A stretch of DNA of 32,145 nt from Chiloscyllium plagiosum (taxonomy: Eukaryota): contig NC_057760.1 in assembly GCF_004010195.1 (NCBI RefSeq), forward strand, positions 1,320,359-1,352,503, given 5' to 3'. Positions 12,291 through 25,425 of this stretch are shown in pieces. The translations under genes and the position numbers were made by a program. The number at the start of each line of letters is the position of its first letter. Within the stretch, counting starts at the first letter, position 1. The notes under the pieces were generated by a model. The model searched no databases, had not been told where the DNA came from, and saw only the letters and a list, made by a program, of their open reading frames with translations.

Positions 12291-12661
12291 TGGGGACACT
12301 TTCTGGAGCCGAACCACGTGGTGCTGGGCCGATAAAAGGTTTTACCAAAATATCGCTTCTGACCCTTTGGCCCATCGCCCCCGAGTCCAAGGGCTCATGC
12401 CCGTTACTGCCACTGGCACATTCCTCCCTCCCAGTCATGTCAAACCCCTCGATCGCTGCTCCTGCCGGGACAGAATTTCAACGTCTGACCGCAGCGCCCA
12501 CCCAGAGACCCTCGGCCCGGTCACTGCTCGCGTGTTTTGCCCCTGTGCTCCCTGCACAGATTTCACACCCTACCTGAAAACTGCGGCCCCAGAACCACAT
12601 AACTCCACTCAAAACAACAGCTGGCAAACTAGAAGGGCCTTGCTTTTGCGTTTTATGAAGC

Positions 12662-12980
12662 GGGTGGCACGGTGGCTCAGTGGTTAGCAATGCTGCCTCA
12701 CACCACCAGGGACAGTGGTTCGATTCCAGCCTCGGGGCGACTGTGGGCAAACTCCACAATCTCACCCCCCCCCCCCCCCACCATGTATGCAGGGGTTTCC
12801 TCTGGGTGGTCTGGTTCCTTCCCACACTCCAAAGGTGCATAGGCCATGCTAAATTGTCAGGCAGTGCCCAGGGATGTGCAGGTAAAGTAAGGGACATTGC
12901 AAGGCTACAGCGTAGGGTGCTCTTCGGAGGGCGGGTGTAGATCGGAGGGGCCGAACGGCCTGCTCCCACCCTGAAGGGAC
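12662..12980 (+). mobile_element. HE1/V-SINE-like SINE
   Basis: gggtggcacggtggctcagtggttagc...ggttcgattcc...ggccatgctaaattg. Confidence 0.8.
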
Positions 12981-13133
12981 TTGATGATTTATAAGGCCCA
13001 GTGACCCCCGACTGGCCGCCAGCCTTGTTGACCACTTCCTCGATCTGCCCTCACACGGTCTCCGTTCCATCCAGCACCACCGCTCCTGCGCCAGCAGCCA
13101 GCCAGTACCTCCCTCTCCCCCCACCATTCCCTA

Positions 13134-13695
<562 letters not shown>

Positions 13696-14244
13696 TCTCA
13701 AAGCGATGTGAGCTTTCAGACTGAAATATGGGAGGGTAAGGGGGACACCGCAGTGCCTTCGCCCCTTCTCCAAACCAAGGGGAAGAGCTTTGTTAGAGAG
13801 ACAGACCAAGAGACAGACAGACAAAGAAAGGTGACCAGCGCCCGTGGCGAGTCTGGAGACAACGGAAATATTGGCCCCAGATATTTGGAAGTGGCTGCAC
13901 TTGCGGGTCATTGCCAGGTCACCCCCTCAAACCCGACACCGAGCAATTTGTCCATTTCCCCTCTCTTTTCCAAACAGAGGTCAAGTGTTCACCATCTCGT
14001 GTCTGCAGTCTCAGTCCACTGGATGCAACTTTGCTGTTATCTAGCGGGCATTTCGGATGAGCTTGGAATTTAATGCCCCCGTTCAGAAGGTGCAGGCGAG
14101 CCGCCATCTTGAACCACTCGTGTCTGCGAGCCCCAACCCAGTATAGTGCAGGGAGACCCGACACAGTGCCCTGCTAGGAAGGGAGCGGTCAGGATTCTGA
14201 GCCAGTGACGAAAGAACAGGCGATGTGTTGAGTCCTTGCAATGT

Positions 14245-14640
14245 AAACAGACCCTTAGGTCAGACTCGTCCATGCCGACCCAGATATCCTAACCTCATCC
14301 AGTCCCATTTGCCAGCACTTGGCCCTTATCCCTCTAAACCCTTCCTATTCACGTCCCCATCCAGATGCCTTTTAAATGTTGTCATTGTACCGGTCTCCAC
14401 CACTTCCTCTGGCAGCTCATTCCATACACGCACCACCCTCTGTGTGAAAAAGTTGCCCCTTAGGTCCCTTTCCCATCGAGTTCTCGACTCTGCCCACCCT
14501 GGGAAAGAACCATGCCTGTTCACCCTATCCATGTCCCCTCATAATTTGATAAACCTCTAGAAAAGGACACCCCACAGCCTCTGACACTCCTGGGGAATTA
14601 GTCCCATCCTCTCCCGATAGCGCAAGCCCTCCAACATTCT
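14245..14640 (-). mobile_element. CR1/HER1-like LINE 3' fragment
   Basis: ORF 14326..14532 encodes DLRGNFFTQRVVRVWNELPEEVV. Confidence 0.88.
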
Positions 14641-14973
14641 TGACAGAGTTCAGAAGAGATTTACAAGTTTCACAACATCCTGCCTCAAGCAGGGAGATGA
14701 GAATTGAAAGCAATATTGCAAAAGAGGCACAACGTGCTGTACAGCTGCAACATGACAGCCCACAGTATCCCTACCATGCCAAAGCAGGCAATTCAGCCCA
14801 TCGAGTCCACGCTGACTCTCTGAAGAATGTCCCCCCACTCCTGCACTCTCTCTGGAACCCAGCATTTCCCATGCGTAACTCACTTAACCTGCACACCCCT
14901 GGACACTACAGGGCAATTTAGCATGGCCAATCCACCCTAACCTGCACTCCCCTGGGCACTACAGGACACTACA

Positions 14974-15286
14974 GGGCGGCACGGTGGCACAGTGGTTAGC
15001 ACTGCTACCTCACAGTGCCGGAGACCCGGGTTCAATTCCTGCCTCAGGCGACTGACTGTGTGGAATTTGCACATTCTCCCCGTGTCTGCGTGGGTTTCCT
15101 CCGGGTGCTCCGGTTTCCTCCCACAATCCAAAGATGTGCAGGTCAGGTGAATTGGCCATGCTAAATTGCCCGTAGTGTTAGGTAAGGGGTAAACGTAGGG
15201 GTATGGGTGGGTTGCGCTTCGGTTGGTCGGTGTGGACTTGTTGGGCCGAAGGGCCTGTTTCCACACTGTAAAGTAATCTAATCTAA
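14974..15286 (+). mobile_element. Full-length, apparently young HE1/V-SINE
   Basis: GGGCGGCACGGTGGCACAGTGG A-box, GGTTCAATTCC B-box, V-domain, tail ttgggccgaagggcctgtttccacactgta and (aatct)n shared with the CR1 tails. Confidence 0.92.
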
Positions 15287-15392
15287 ACAATGAGTTTCAG
15301 TAACATGCAAAATTCCTTTCACAATCCCCTATTTTAAAAGTCCTTTTTTATCATTTTAATCAACAATCCAAAGTACCGAAAATAAAAGGTCC

Positions 15393-16812
15393 TGTATGTG
15401 GAGTTTGAACATTCTCCTGTGTCTGTGTGGGTTTCCTCCCAGTGTGCCAGTTTCCATCCACAGTCCAAACATGTGCAGCTTAGAGTGGATTGGCCATGCT
15501 AATTTGCCCATAGTGCCCAGGAATGTGTATGTTAGGTGAGTTAGTCATGCTAAATTGTCCCATAGTGCCCAGGGATGTGCAGGTTAGGGTGGATTGGCCA
15601 TGCTAAATTGTCCCATAGTGCCCAGGGATGTGCAGGTTAGGGTGGATTGGCCATGCTAAATTGTCCCATAGTGCCCAGGGATGTGCAGGTTAGGGTGGAT
15701 TGGCCATGCTAAATTGTCCCATAGTGCCCAGGGATGTGCAGGTTAGGGTGGATTGGCCATGCTAAATTGTCCCATAGTGCCCAGGGATGTGCAGGTTAGG
15801 GTGGATTGGCCATGCTAAATTGTCCCATAGTGCCCAGGGATGTGCAGGTTAGGGTGGATTGGCCATGCTAAATTGTCCCATAGTGCCCAGGGATGTGTAG
15901 GTTAGGGTGGGTTGGCCATGCTAAATTGTCCCGTAGTGCCCAGGGATGTGTAGGTTAGGGTGGGTTGGCCATGCTAAATTGTCCCGTAGTGCCCAGGGAT
16001 GTGTAGGTTAGGGTGGGTTGGCCATGCTAAATTGTCCCGTAGTGCCCAGGGATGTGTAGGTTAGGGTGGGTTGGCCATGCTAAATTGTCCCGTAGTGTCC
16101 AGGGATGTGCAGGTTAGGGTGGGTTGGCTGTGCTAAATTGTCCCATAGTGCCCAGGGATGTGCAGGTTAGGGTGGATTGGCCATGCTAAATTGTCCCATA
16201 GTGCCCAGGGATGTGCAGGTTAGGGTGGATTGGCCATGCTAAATTGTCCCATAGTGCCCAGGGATGTGCAGGTTAGGGTGGATTGGCCATGCTAAATTGT
16301 CCCATAGTGCCCAGGGATGTGCAGGTTAGGGTGGATTGGCCATGCTAAATTGTCCCATAGTGCCCAGGGATGTGCAGGTTAGGGTGGATTGGCCATGCTA
16401 AATTGTCCCATAGTGCCCAGGGATGTGCAGGTTAGGGTGGATTGGCCATGCTAAATTGTCCCATAGTGCCCAGGGATGTGCAGGTTAGGGTGGATTGGCC
16501 ATGCTAAATTGTCCCATAGTGCCCAGGGATGTGCAGGTTAGGGTGGATTGGCCATGCTAAATTGTCCCATAGTGCCCAGGGATGTGCAGGTTAGGGTGGA
16601 TTGGCCATGCTAAATTGTCCCATAGTGCCCAGGGATGTGCAGGTTAGGGTGGATTGGCCATGCTAAATTGTCCCATAGTGCCCAGGGATGTACAGGTTCG
16701 GTACATTAATCAGGGGTAAATGCAGAGTGAGAGGTTTGGGGAATGGGTGTGGGTGGGATACTCTCCGGAGGGTCGGTGCGGACCGGTTGGGCTGAAGGGC
16801 CTGTTTCCACAG
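15393..16812 (+). mobile_element. 5'-truncated HE1/V-SINE expanded by an internal 53-bp array
   Basis: V-domain at 15393-15480, array, then the normal SINE 3' tail at about 16700-16812. Confidence 0.85.
15480..16698 (+). repeat. 53-bp minisatellite, about 23 copies (GTTAGGGTGGATTGGCCATGCTAAATTGTCCCATAGTGCCCAGGGATGTGCAG)
   Basis: Unit starts at 15583 and 15636 give a period of 53. Confidence 0.97.
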
Positions 16813-17059
16813 TCATGATTCTTCGAAATTCTCCCGGGGCCAGTTTCAATCTGTCAACGTTGCCTCAGCGGGTCTCCCGAGCGGGTGGTACACCTCCAGT
16901 TTCAACGAGGAGCAGACCATCACCACTGTTGCTGGATGATTGTGGCACCATCCTATCGAATCACCAGGGTGAGAGAGCGCAGTCCGGAGAACCGAGCCTG
17001 GGAAGACCACACCTCACATTCTCGATAGGGACGCTGGGAGAGGAGCTTGCCCTGGTCAC

Positions 17060-17580
17060 ACAGCACGCAAACGCACCCTTCCGTCCAGCCAGTCCGTGCT
17101 GACCATTATCCCAAACTAAACTGGCTCCACCTGCCTCCTCCTGACCCAGATCCCTATCCTATTCATGTACTTATCCAAATGTCTTTCAAACATTAGGACT
17201 GCAGCAAATTGATTTCACACACGAACCACCCTCCTGCATAAAAATAATTGCCTTTTTTTTTTAAAAAAAAATCTTAAAAATGTGCCTCCTATTTTAGGAC
17301 ACCCCTGTCCCAGGGAAAAGGCCCTTGCTTATTCACCTTATTGATGCTCCACACAATTTTATGCTCCTCAACCTCCTACGCTCCAGTGAAAAATGATGTC
17401 CCAGTCAATTTTTATATCTCAAACCCTCCATCTCTGGGAACATGCGGGTAAATCTCTTCTGAACCCTCTCCGGTTTAATAATCTCCTTCCTTGAACAGGG
17501 CGACCAGAACTGGACACAGTTCTCCAGACGAGGCCTCACCAACGTCCTGTACAACCCCAATGTCATGATCTTCCGCCTAT
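17060..17580 (-). mobile_element. CR1-like LINE 3' fragment
   Basis: ORF 17405..17668 encodes LYRTLVRPRLENCVQFWSP...ERVQKRFTRM. Confidence 0.85.
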
Positions 17581-17589
17581 ACTCAGCAA

Positions 17590-17720
17590 AGAGAAAGTGA
17601 GGGCTGCAGACACTGGAGATCAGAGTCGAGAGAGTGGTGCTGGAAAAGCACAGCAGGTCAGGCAGCATCCGAAGAGTAGGAGAATCGACGTTTTGGGCAT
17701 AAGCCCTTCATCAGGAATGA
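17590..17720 (-). mobile_element. Short Penelope-like terminal repeat with mutated hammerhead motif
   Basis: Homologous to 31860-31990; the minus strand reads CTGATGAagggc-ttat-gcccAAAACGTC. Confidence 0.7.
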
Positions 17721-18539
17721 GCACACAGTCAATGTTGTGAACAAACGTGTTTCCTTTCCAGTCGCCTCTCCGATTTTTACAGAAGCGGCCACAGACTTTG
17801 AACACCTCCTTTGGCTTTGGGAAGCGCAGGGGCAAGACGGCATGTGGGCTCGGAGGGGTGGCAGAAGGCGCTAGAGAAATGCAAGTTGGTCTCGCTGCAA
17901 GGGCTACATCTCGTTAAGTAGCCACAAGCTCACCAGCGTCTGGTACTCTTGTCATAAAAGGAACATGGCAGCAGGGGTCAGCAACTCGACCCTTGGAGCC
18001 CGCTATTCCACAGACAGGGTCGATCTGCCAGTTTTCTTAATCCCCTGCTCAAATCCACCCACTCCCACTGGATAAACCCAGTTCTCTGCTCAAGGAAGAC
18101 AATCCCTAAGATTAAGGATACTCCGGGCGACAGGAATTCTCCCACATTTCTGCCTTAATATAAGACTCCCCTTGTTCGGGGGGGGTAGTGTGTTCAGTCT
18201 ACACTGCTGCCAGTACATATCGGAGCCCAGTCCCAGAGCTCAATACGCTGCTGTGTTCTCACCACCAAACCCTGTAGCGTCAGTGCACAAGCTGCTGCTG
18301 CACTCTAGTGTTACAAAGCTCACTCACACCCGGGAGACTTAATGCAAGAGCGAGCCCGCTGTGCATCAGTGGGCCGTGTCCTCAGCCACCGCCTCCTCAG
18401 ACTCTGCCCCTCACCTCCGCCGGCCTCTCCACCAGCACCAGGATCTCGGTGCTCCTGCAATCCCAGCCTCTTGAGCCGGGTTGAAGTAGGAATCGGTGCA
18501 AACCCCGCCTGAAGCGTCCACCCAGCCCCCGCCTCCTGC

Positions 18540-18960
18540 AACGCTTGCTCCACGTGTGGGAAGGTCCCACGTGGTAGTCGATGAGAGTCTCAGAACCGGA
18601 GTGGAAGTTTTAGTCCTGTCTGGGAGCTGAGTGCGGGATCTTTATCTGTGCACTGGTGCCTGCATCAGTGCAGCCTCACCCTCAAGAGTTCACCTGGCCA
18701 TGCCCGATTTCCACCCAGCCCACCTGAGGACTCTCCCCTTCCCCACCTGCCCAGTCTCAGGCATGACCCACAGTCTCCCACCTTCACACAGGCTGCGTCT
18801 TCCGAGGGATGACCCATGTCCACAAATTTCTCCGATCCAACAGCGCTACCCTCCACACCAGCGTCTCTTTTCCGCAACCGAGGATAGCAAAGGCACAGGC
18901 ACCCCCAACCCCCACCCCACAAAGACCCTCCTCAATCTATATCCTCCCTGATCGGGCTCC
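18540..18960 (+). mobile_element. Highly degenerate Penelope-like RT remnant
   Basis: The translation retains an ordered series of motifs (CISAAS, FHPA, LPF, RLR) resembling Penelope RT IDDCIGAAS..FHP..LPFLD..RLRRIC. Confidence 0.4.
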
Positions 18961-19064
18961 CTCTGTCACTTGCCCACCTTCTCTGTATAAACGGTTCAGT
19001 CACTGCTCGGTCCAGCCATCTCCCCTCTCTGCATGTTGTGGGGACCACTCGCTCCACCTAAACC

Positions 19065-19300
19065 ACAGCAGACGGCAATGGCCTAGTGCACTGAAAATCC
19101 AGAAACCCAGCTCACGTTCTGGGGACCCAGGTTGGGATCCCGCCATGGGATCGGAATTCAATCAAGAATCTGGAATTGAGAGCCCTCAGGATGGCCACGG
19201 GTCCACTGTCATGAAAAACCCCATCTAGTTCACAAGTGCCCTCTCACGAAGTGGACTGGCCTACACGTGGCTCCAGCCCCACCGAGTTGGTTGACTTTGA
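19065..19300 (+). mobile_element. tRNA-derived SINE (second family)
   Basis: aatccagaaaccc...ctggggacccaggttgggatccc...aatctggaatt...ggcctacacgtggctccag. Confidence 0.6.
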
Positions 19301-19859
19301 CTACTCGGACCCAGACCATGTGCAAGCAGGCCATTCGGCCCATCGGGTCCAGCCTGACACTCCAAAGAGCATTGCCTCCTCAGACCCATCTCCCTACCCT
19401 ATCCCTACATTTCACACAGCCAATCCCATCCTAACCTGCACATCCCTGGGCACTACGGGACAATTTAGCATGGCCAATCCATCCTAACCTGCACATCCCT
19501 GGGCACTACGGGACAATTTAGCGGATGGGAATTCCAAAAGACACTCAACATTTCGAGAGGATAGAAAAAGGCAGAGGGAATTCTGCCTTCCTTACCTGGA
19601 TTCAAGTTGCCCCTCGGTACCTTTCAAATCTTGCTTGCCTCGCTTTCAACCTATGGCCCCTAGTTTTGAACTCTACCCTCGGGAAAAGGCACCCCCTTAT
19701 CTATGCCACTCTCTAAGGTCACCCCTCAACCTTTTACGCTCCAGGGGAAAAAAAAAGTCCCAGACCTCCCCTTATAACTCAAACCCTTCAGTCCTGGCAA
19801 CATCCTTGTTAAGTTAGGGGGTGATCCGTATGCCGGGGGACATGGTTTATACAGGTACT

Positions 19860-20065
19860 GTTTACAACACTGAAAAGATAAACTCGGACAGGGACACTAA
19901 TAGGAATGGTTTAGGAGGGACATGGGCTGAAAGCAGGCAAACAAGACGAGTTTAATTTGGCAAAGTTGATTGGCATGGACGAGTTGGACTGAAGGGTCTG
20001 TTTCCATGTTGTATGACTCGGACGTTTATGAAATCATGATGGATAAGGCGAGGAGCAAGGTTCCG

Positions 20066-20099
<34 letters not shown>

Positions 20100-20390
20100 G
20101 TTCAAAACTAGAGGGCATAGCGTTTAGGGGAGAGAAGAGTGCTTTGAAAAAAAACTAAACAACATGGGAGCAACTTTTTTGTTTAAAAAAGATAGAGAGT
20201 GTGGTTTATGTGTGGAATGAGCTGCCAGAGGAAGTGGCTGATGTGGGGATGGTTGCAATGGCATTTGGATAAGTGCATGGACAGGAAAGGTTTGGTGGAA
20301 TCTGCAGGCGGGTGGGATGAGTTTAGTTCGGGATGACGGTCGGCTTGGTTGGACCGAGGGGGCTGTTCCCCCCGCTCTGTGACTGGGCCT
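19860..20390 (+). mobile_element. Tandem CR1-like LINE 3' fragments
   Basis: Two tails (gaagggtctgtttccatg; tggaatgagctgccagaggaagtgg). Confidence 0.75.
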
Positions 20391-20584
20391 ACAGCGATGG
20401 CGGGGGGGGGGGGGGGGGTGAACTCTTACACCGCCCTGCGAAACCGACACCCAGGGCGACCGGCGGAGGAGGGGGACAGGCACAAACCTTTCCACGGCTC
20501 GGGAAACCCAACAGCCAAAAGGTGGGGATGGGTGCCGGCGGCGCAGCTTGGGGAACGGTCTCTCGGCCATCGCGGCTTCCTTAC

Positions 20585-20786
20585 CGAGTCTTGTTCTTGT
20601 TGTTGGGAGTTTCAGCCACAATGCCGGCGTACAGCCACACCGAGTTGCCGTCCTTGTACTTGGCGACCACTCTGCTCCCCACCATCAGGCGGTCAGCAGC
20701 GGGGTGGTAGTCGTAGGCAACGTGGTTCCCTGACAGCAGGCTCTTGCCCTTGTTGTCGAACTTGACCTTGTACTTGTTCGCGTTGC
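20585..20786 (-). CDS. SETDB1: SETDB1 Tudor exon ([28 protein letters not shown]...[18 protein letters not shown])
   Basis: Acceptor tttgaccag, donor CG|gtaagg; 202 nt, phase 1 to 2. Near-identical to the vertebrate SETDB1 Tudor region. Confidence 0.96.
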
Positions 20787-20844
20787 CTGGTCAAAGAGGT
20801 TGAAAACAAAACGTGCAAAAGACCAATCAGACCGGGGAGCACGG

Positions 20845-22010
20845 CCCACAGAGCCTTCGGCCCAATCCGTCCGTGCCAACCATCCCACCTGCCCACTCCT
20901 GCCCCAAATCCCTTCCCCACTCATGTACTTCCCAAATGTCTTTTAAACGTTGCTACGGTGTCAGCATCCACCACTTGCTCTGGAAGCTCATTCCACCCAC
21001 AAACTACCCTGTGTAAAGAAATTGCCCTTTTCAAATCTTTCTCCTCTCACCTTAAAGACGCGCTCTTCAAATCCCCCATCCGAGGGAAAAGACAGCGACC
21101 GTTTGCTCGATCTACACCCCTCCTTATTTTATCAGCCTCTAAAAGGTCACCTCGCAACCTCCCACATTCCAGTGAAATACATCCCTGCCTTTCTTTATAA
21201 CTCAAACTCTCCCAAGTGTCAGAGCTGTGCAGCACGGAAACAGACCCTTCAATCCAACTTATGCATGCCGACCCAGATATCCCAGCCTGATCTCGTTCCA
21301 TTTGCCAGCGTTTGGCTCATTTCCCTCCAAACCCTTCCTATTCATGTCCCCAGCCAGATGCCTTTTAAATGCTGTCATTGCACCAGCCTCCACCACTTCC
21401 TTTGGCAGCTCATTCCACACACGCACCACCCTCTGTGTGAAAATGTTACCTCTCAAGTCCCTTTTATATCTTTCCCCTCTCACCCTAAACCTATGCTCAT
21501 CTAATTCTGGACTCCCCAAACCCAGAGAAAAGACCTTGGGTATTTATCCTATCCATGCCCCTCATGGTTTTATAAACCTCTATAAGGTCACCCCTCAGCC
21601 TCCAACGCTCCAGGGAAAACAGCCCCAGACTATTCAACCTCTCCCTGTAACTCAAACCCTCCAACCCTGGTAAATCTCTTCTGAGCCCTCTCCGGTTTAA
21701 TAATCTCCTTCCTGTAACAGGGTGACCAGAACTGGACACAGTTCTCCAGACGAGGCCTCACCAATGTCCTGTACAACCCCAACATGACTTCCCCAACTCA
21801 AGGTCTGAGCAATGAAGGCAAGTTTGCTAAACACCTTCTGACCAACGCTGCCTGCCTCTGATGCAAACTTAAGATTTATGCACTGAACCCCTAGGTCTCT
21901 GTTTGATAACACTACCCCAGGGCCCTACTTTTAACTGTATAAACCCTATCCTTGCTTGTTTTACCAAAATGCAACACCTCGCATTTATTCAAACTCTACT
22001 CCATCTGCTA
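20845..22010 (-). mobile_element. CR1/HER1-like LINE fragments (two copies)
   Basis: ORFs 21259..21519 and 21497..21739 encode the CR1 RT C-terminus (LPGLEGLSYRERLNSLGLFSLE..RLRGDLIEVYK). Confidence 0.9.
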
Positions 22011-22907
22011 TTTTTAGGTCTGTCCCTTTCCGTTTCATTTCGAAGCATTCAATCAAGATTGTGAAACGAGTTAGTGTGAATTCTCTCGCAGTGTGGGTCT
22101 TGCGGTTTTCTTTCATTCATCGGGACAGTCTTTGCTTGTGGGGTAGTGTGACCAAGCGCCGGATTAAGCCAGCATTACTTGCGTGCACATTGACTTCAGG
22201 CTTTTGGCCTGGAAAACATCAGGTTTTTTGCCTCCTTCCCCAGTAAACATGGAGAACGAGGCGCGACACCGCACCATATCAAGGGCAGTCGCAGAGGTCT
22301 ACAGCATGGAAACAGGCCCTTCGGTCCAACTTGTTCATGCCGTTACAACTAATCTCGGCCCATGTCCCTCCACACTTCACTCATCCACGTACCTGCCTAA
22401 ATCTTCCTTAAATTGCACCCGCCTCCACCACTACTGTTTCAGACACTCACTACCCTGTGAGAGAAAAACTCCCCTCTCTGGACCCTTCTGTATATCTCCC
22501 CTCTCACCTTAACCCTATGCCCTCCAGTTTTAGACTCTGGGAAAAGCTGCCCATTATCCACGAGATTGTATATATCTCGGTAAGGTCACCCCACAGTCTC
22601 CGACACTCCAGGAGGAGAAAAGTCCCACCCTGCCCTTACAACACAAGCCTTCCAGTCCACGTAGCATCCTAGTAAATTTTCTCTGCAGCCTTTCGAGTTG
22701 AATAATATCCTTTCTGTGTTAGGGTGAACAGAACTGCACGCAGTACTGCAAACGTGGCCTCACCAACATCTTGTTCAGCTGCAAGAGCTCTGAAACTCAG
22801 TGCTCTGACCCACGAAAGCACGCGTGCTGAAAGCTTTCTTCACCATCCTGCCTACCTGCGACCCCACTTTCAAGGAGCTATGAACCTGTCCCCTTAGATC
22901 TCTTTGC

Positions 22908-23030
22908 AGAGAGTGAGGGACTGCAGATGCTGGAGGTCAGAGTTGAAGGGCGTGGTGCTGGAAAAGCACAGCTGGTCAGGCAGCACCCGAGGAGCGGGAG
23001 AGTCGACATGTCGGCCATAAGCCTGATAAA
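22908..23030 (-). mobile_element. Short Penelope-like terminal repeat nested in CR1
   Basis: gactgcagatgctggag...gctggaaaagcacagctggtcaggcagca, same family as 17590 and 31860. Confidence 0.7.
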
Positions 23031-23631
23031 GCTCCACACACTTCGCCCCGAGATCTCTTTGTTCTATAATGCTCCCCAGGGCCCCACTATCAACTCTGTA
23101 AAAGTCCTGCCCTGGTTTGACTAGCCAAAATGCCAGCACCTCACAATTATCAAAATTAAACTCCACCCGCCACTCCTTAGCCCACGATACTGTTGGACTC
23201 TTCGAGAAACTTCTTCACGGTCCACTACACCACCAACTTTAGCAGCATCTGCAAACTTACTAACCACGCCTCCTATGCTCACATCCAAGTCATTTGTATA
23301 ACTGACAAAAAACAGTGGACTCGCACCGATCCCACTGGTCACAGGCCTCCAGCCTGAACAACAACACTCCCCCACCACCCTCCATCTTATACCTTCAAGG
23401 CAATTTTGTCTCCAATTGGCGAGCACTCCCTGGATTTGATCTTACTCAATAACCTACCATGTGATAAAGTCCAAGTAGACAACGCCTATGTCGGCGCTGC
23501 TCTCATCTACTTTTTGGTCACCCCTTCAAACGTTTTAAAATCAAGCTTACGAGACATGATTTCCCACGCACAAAGCCGTGCTGACTGTCCCAAATGAGTC
23601 CTTGCCTCTCCAGATACCTGTAGATTCGGTG

Positions 23632-24303
23632 TGTCAGTGAGGGTCTGAGATCAGAATGCAGGCCAAAGTAACGAGTTGTAGTCAGGAGCAACCACTCAAT
23701 GCATGCAAACCTAGGCAGGGATAAAATGGCTTCCTCGTGCAAATAACATGACAAAATGGCTTCCAGGCTGCAAATGGACAATTCTGCTCAAAGCTGCATA
23801 AATGGTTTTTAACCCTGTTACAACGCTGAACTAACCACCGTCGGTCTCAACAGAGATTAGCAGACAATGCTTCCTTTGCAGCATAGAAATAACTAGACTA
23901 GATAAGACATTACTGGCCACCCTCACTGACCTTAGAGTCAAAACTCGGTTCATGAGATAAGAATGGCTTAAGTTTGGGAAAACAAGGTTGGTTCCAATTG
24001 GGAAGTATCATTGGGCTAAGTTGCTGTCAATAAAAGTCATTTCATTAGCATTGTTTGGTAATCGTTTGGATGTGCTCTACGATTATGCTCTGTACTTCTC
24101 TCTCAAAAAAAAGGTATAAAAAAGTCTTTGTTTTAAGCGTAGTTTCTGAGTTACATGGAAGTGTTTAATCTGTTACTGGAGAACCTGCACCCAGCCGAGA
24201 TTGAACCAAGTGTGAAATCTTACAGAACCAGACCGAATTGCTAGTGTTTATTGACCGAACGCAGATCAGGGAAACCCCACCCCCCGCAGGGGATCCAGAT
24301 TTA
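23632..24303 (+). mobile_element. Solo-LTR-like insertion
   Basis: About 670 bp of AT-richer, non-CR1 sequence inside the LINE. It starts with TGT and has TATAAA at 24115; a 3' CA end and a TSD were not resolved. Confidence 0.45.
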
Positions 24304-24304
24304 T

Positions 24305-24663
24305 GGGCGGCACAGTGATTAGCACTGCTGCCTCACATGGTCCCAGGTTCGATTCCAGCCTCTGTGCAAACCCCATACAGTCACCCTTTCTCCCAGTGTG
24401 TCTGCGTGGGATTGCTCCGGGTGCTCCAGTTCCCTCCCACAGTCCAAAGGTGTGCAGGTTAGGGTGGATTGGCCAGTGCTAAATTGTCCCATAGTGCCCA
24501 GGGATGTGCAGGTTAGGGTGGATTGGCCATGGGAAATTGTTCTGCAGTGTTAGGTGCATTAGTCAGAGGGAAACGGGTCTGGGTGGGTTACTCTTCGGAG
24601 GATCGGTGTGGACTTGTTGGGCCGAAGGGCCTGTTTCCACACTGTAGGGAATCTAATCTAATC
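24305..24663 (+). mobile_element. HE1/V-SINE-like SINE
   Basis: gggcggcacagtgattagcactgc...ggttcgattcc...gggcctgtttccacactgtagggaatctaatctaatc. Confidence 0.88.
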
Positions 24664-25155
24664 TTCATCAGAATCCCCTCTAACAACTTACCCACTACAG
24701 ACGTTAGGCTCACTGGACTGGAGCTCCCCAGGCACTTCCCTGTAGCCCCTCTTAAAAAACAGGTACATTAGCCACCTCCCAATCTTCGGTCACTTCACCC
24801 ACGGCTGTCAATGATGCAAATATCTCCGCTGGGGCCCCCGCAATTTCCTCCCTGGCCCCCAACAAAGTCCTGGGCTACACTTCCTTGGATCTTAGTGAGT
24901 TTTAAGACTTACAGCGCCTCCGCCCTGTAATGGAAGGGAGTCACGCCGTGACTGGGGGTCAAGGGGAAAGCAGTCACGATGTCACGTGTGTGCCAAGGCA
25001 AATAGATGGCTGGGCCTTCGATGGGTGGCGAACGCTTGAAGGCTGTTCTGGTGATGCCAACGAAGCCTTTGCTCAAACATTAACATCGTGGACACCAACA
25101 ACAGAATGGAGAAGGGAAAAAAAAAATCACGTGACTGGTAAAGTGTGCCACTTAC

Positions 25156-25425
25156 CCGTGGTCACGATGGCAATGAGCACCCCTTTATGCCAGGTTTTGG
25201 TGCGCTTCTTGCCCAGAATCCGCATGCCCTTAAAGAGGTCGCCGTCCTTCACCACCTCGCCATCTTCCACGACGGAGGTGGCCGCCTGAGGCGGGTTGGC
25301 AGCGGGGGGCTGTGGGGCAGCCAGGCGAGCCGGGCGCAGGTGGGTGCTGCAGGTGGACGACAGGGTGCTGGCGGGCGAAGACGGCACAGAGAAGGCCAGC
25401 CCGGACTGCCCGCTCTTCTCGGTCT
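25156..25425 (-). CDS. SETDB1: SETDB1 coding exon 5 (Ser/Pro linker plus start of Tudor 1: [27 protein letters not shown])
   Basis: Acceptor ttttggtcgcccctag, donor G|gtaagt; 270 nt, phase 1 to 1. The 3' part is strongly conserved; the 5' boundary is less certain. Confidence 0.85.

Larger units (their letters stand above)
22295..24930 (-). mobile_element. Longer degenerate CR1 LINE (RT domain) split by three nested insertions
   Basis: RT motifs SQHGFVRGKSC, SKFAD and MEFN..CEVL. The LINE sequence breaks at about 23626 and resumes at about 24665. Confidence 0.85.

Noticed and set aside
14974..15045. tRNA gene
   Set aside because: It is the tRNA-derived head of a SINE, continuous with the V-domain and LINE-like tail.
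15480..16698. CRISPR-like or telomeric array
   Set aside because: The units are head-to-tail with no unique spacers, the context is eukaryotic, and there is only one TTAGGG per unit; the array is SINE-derived.
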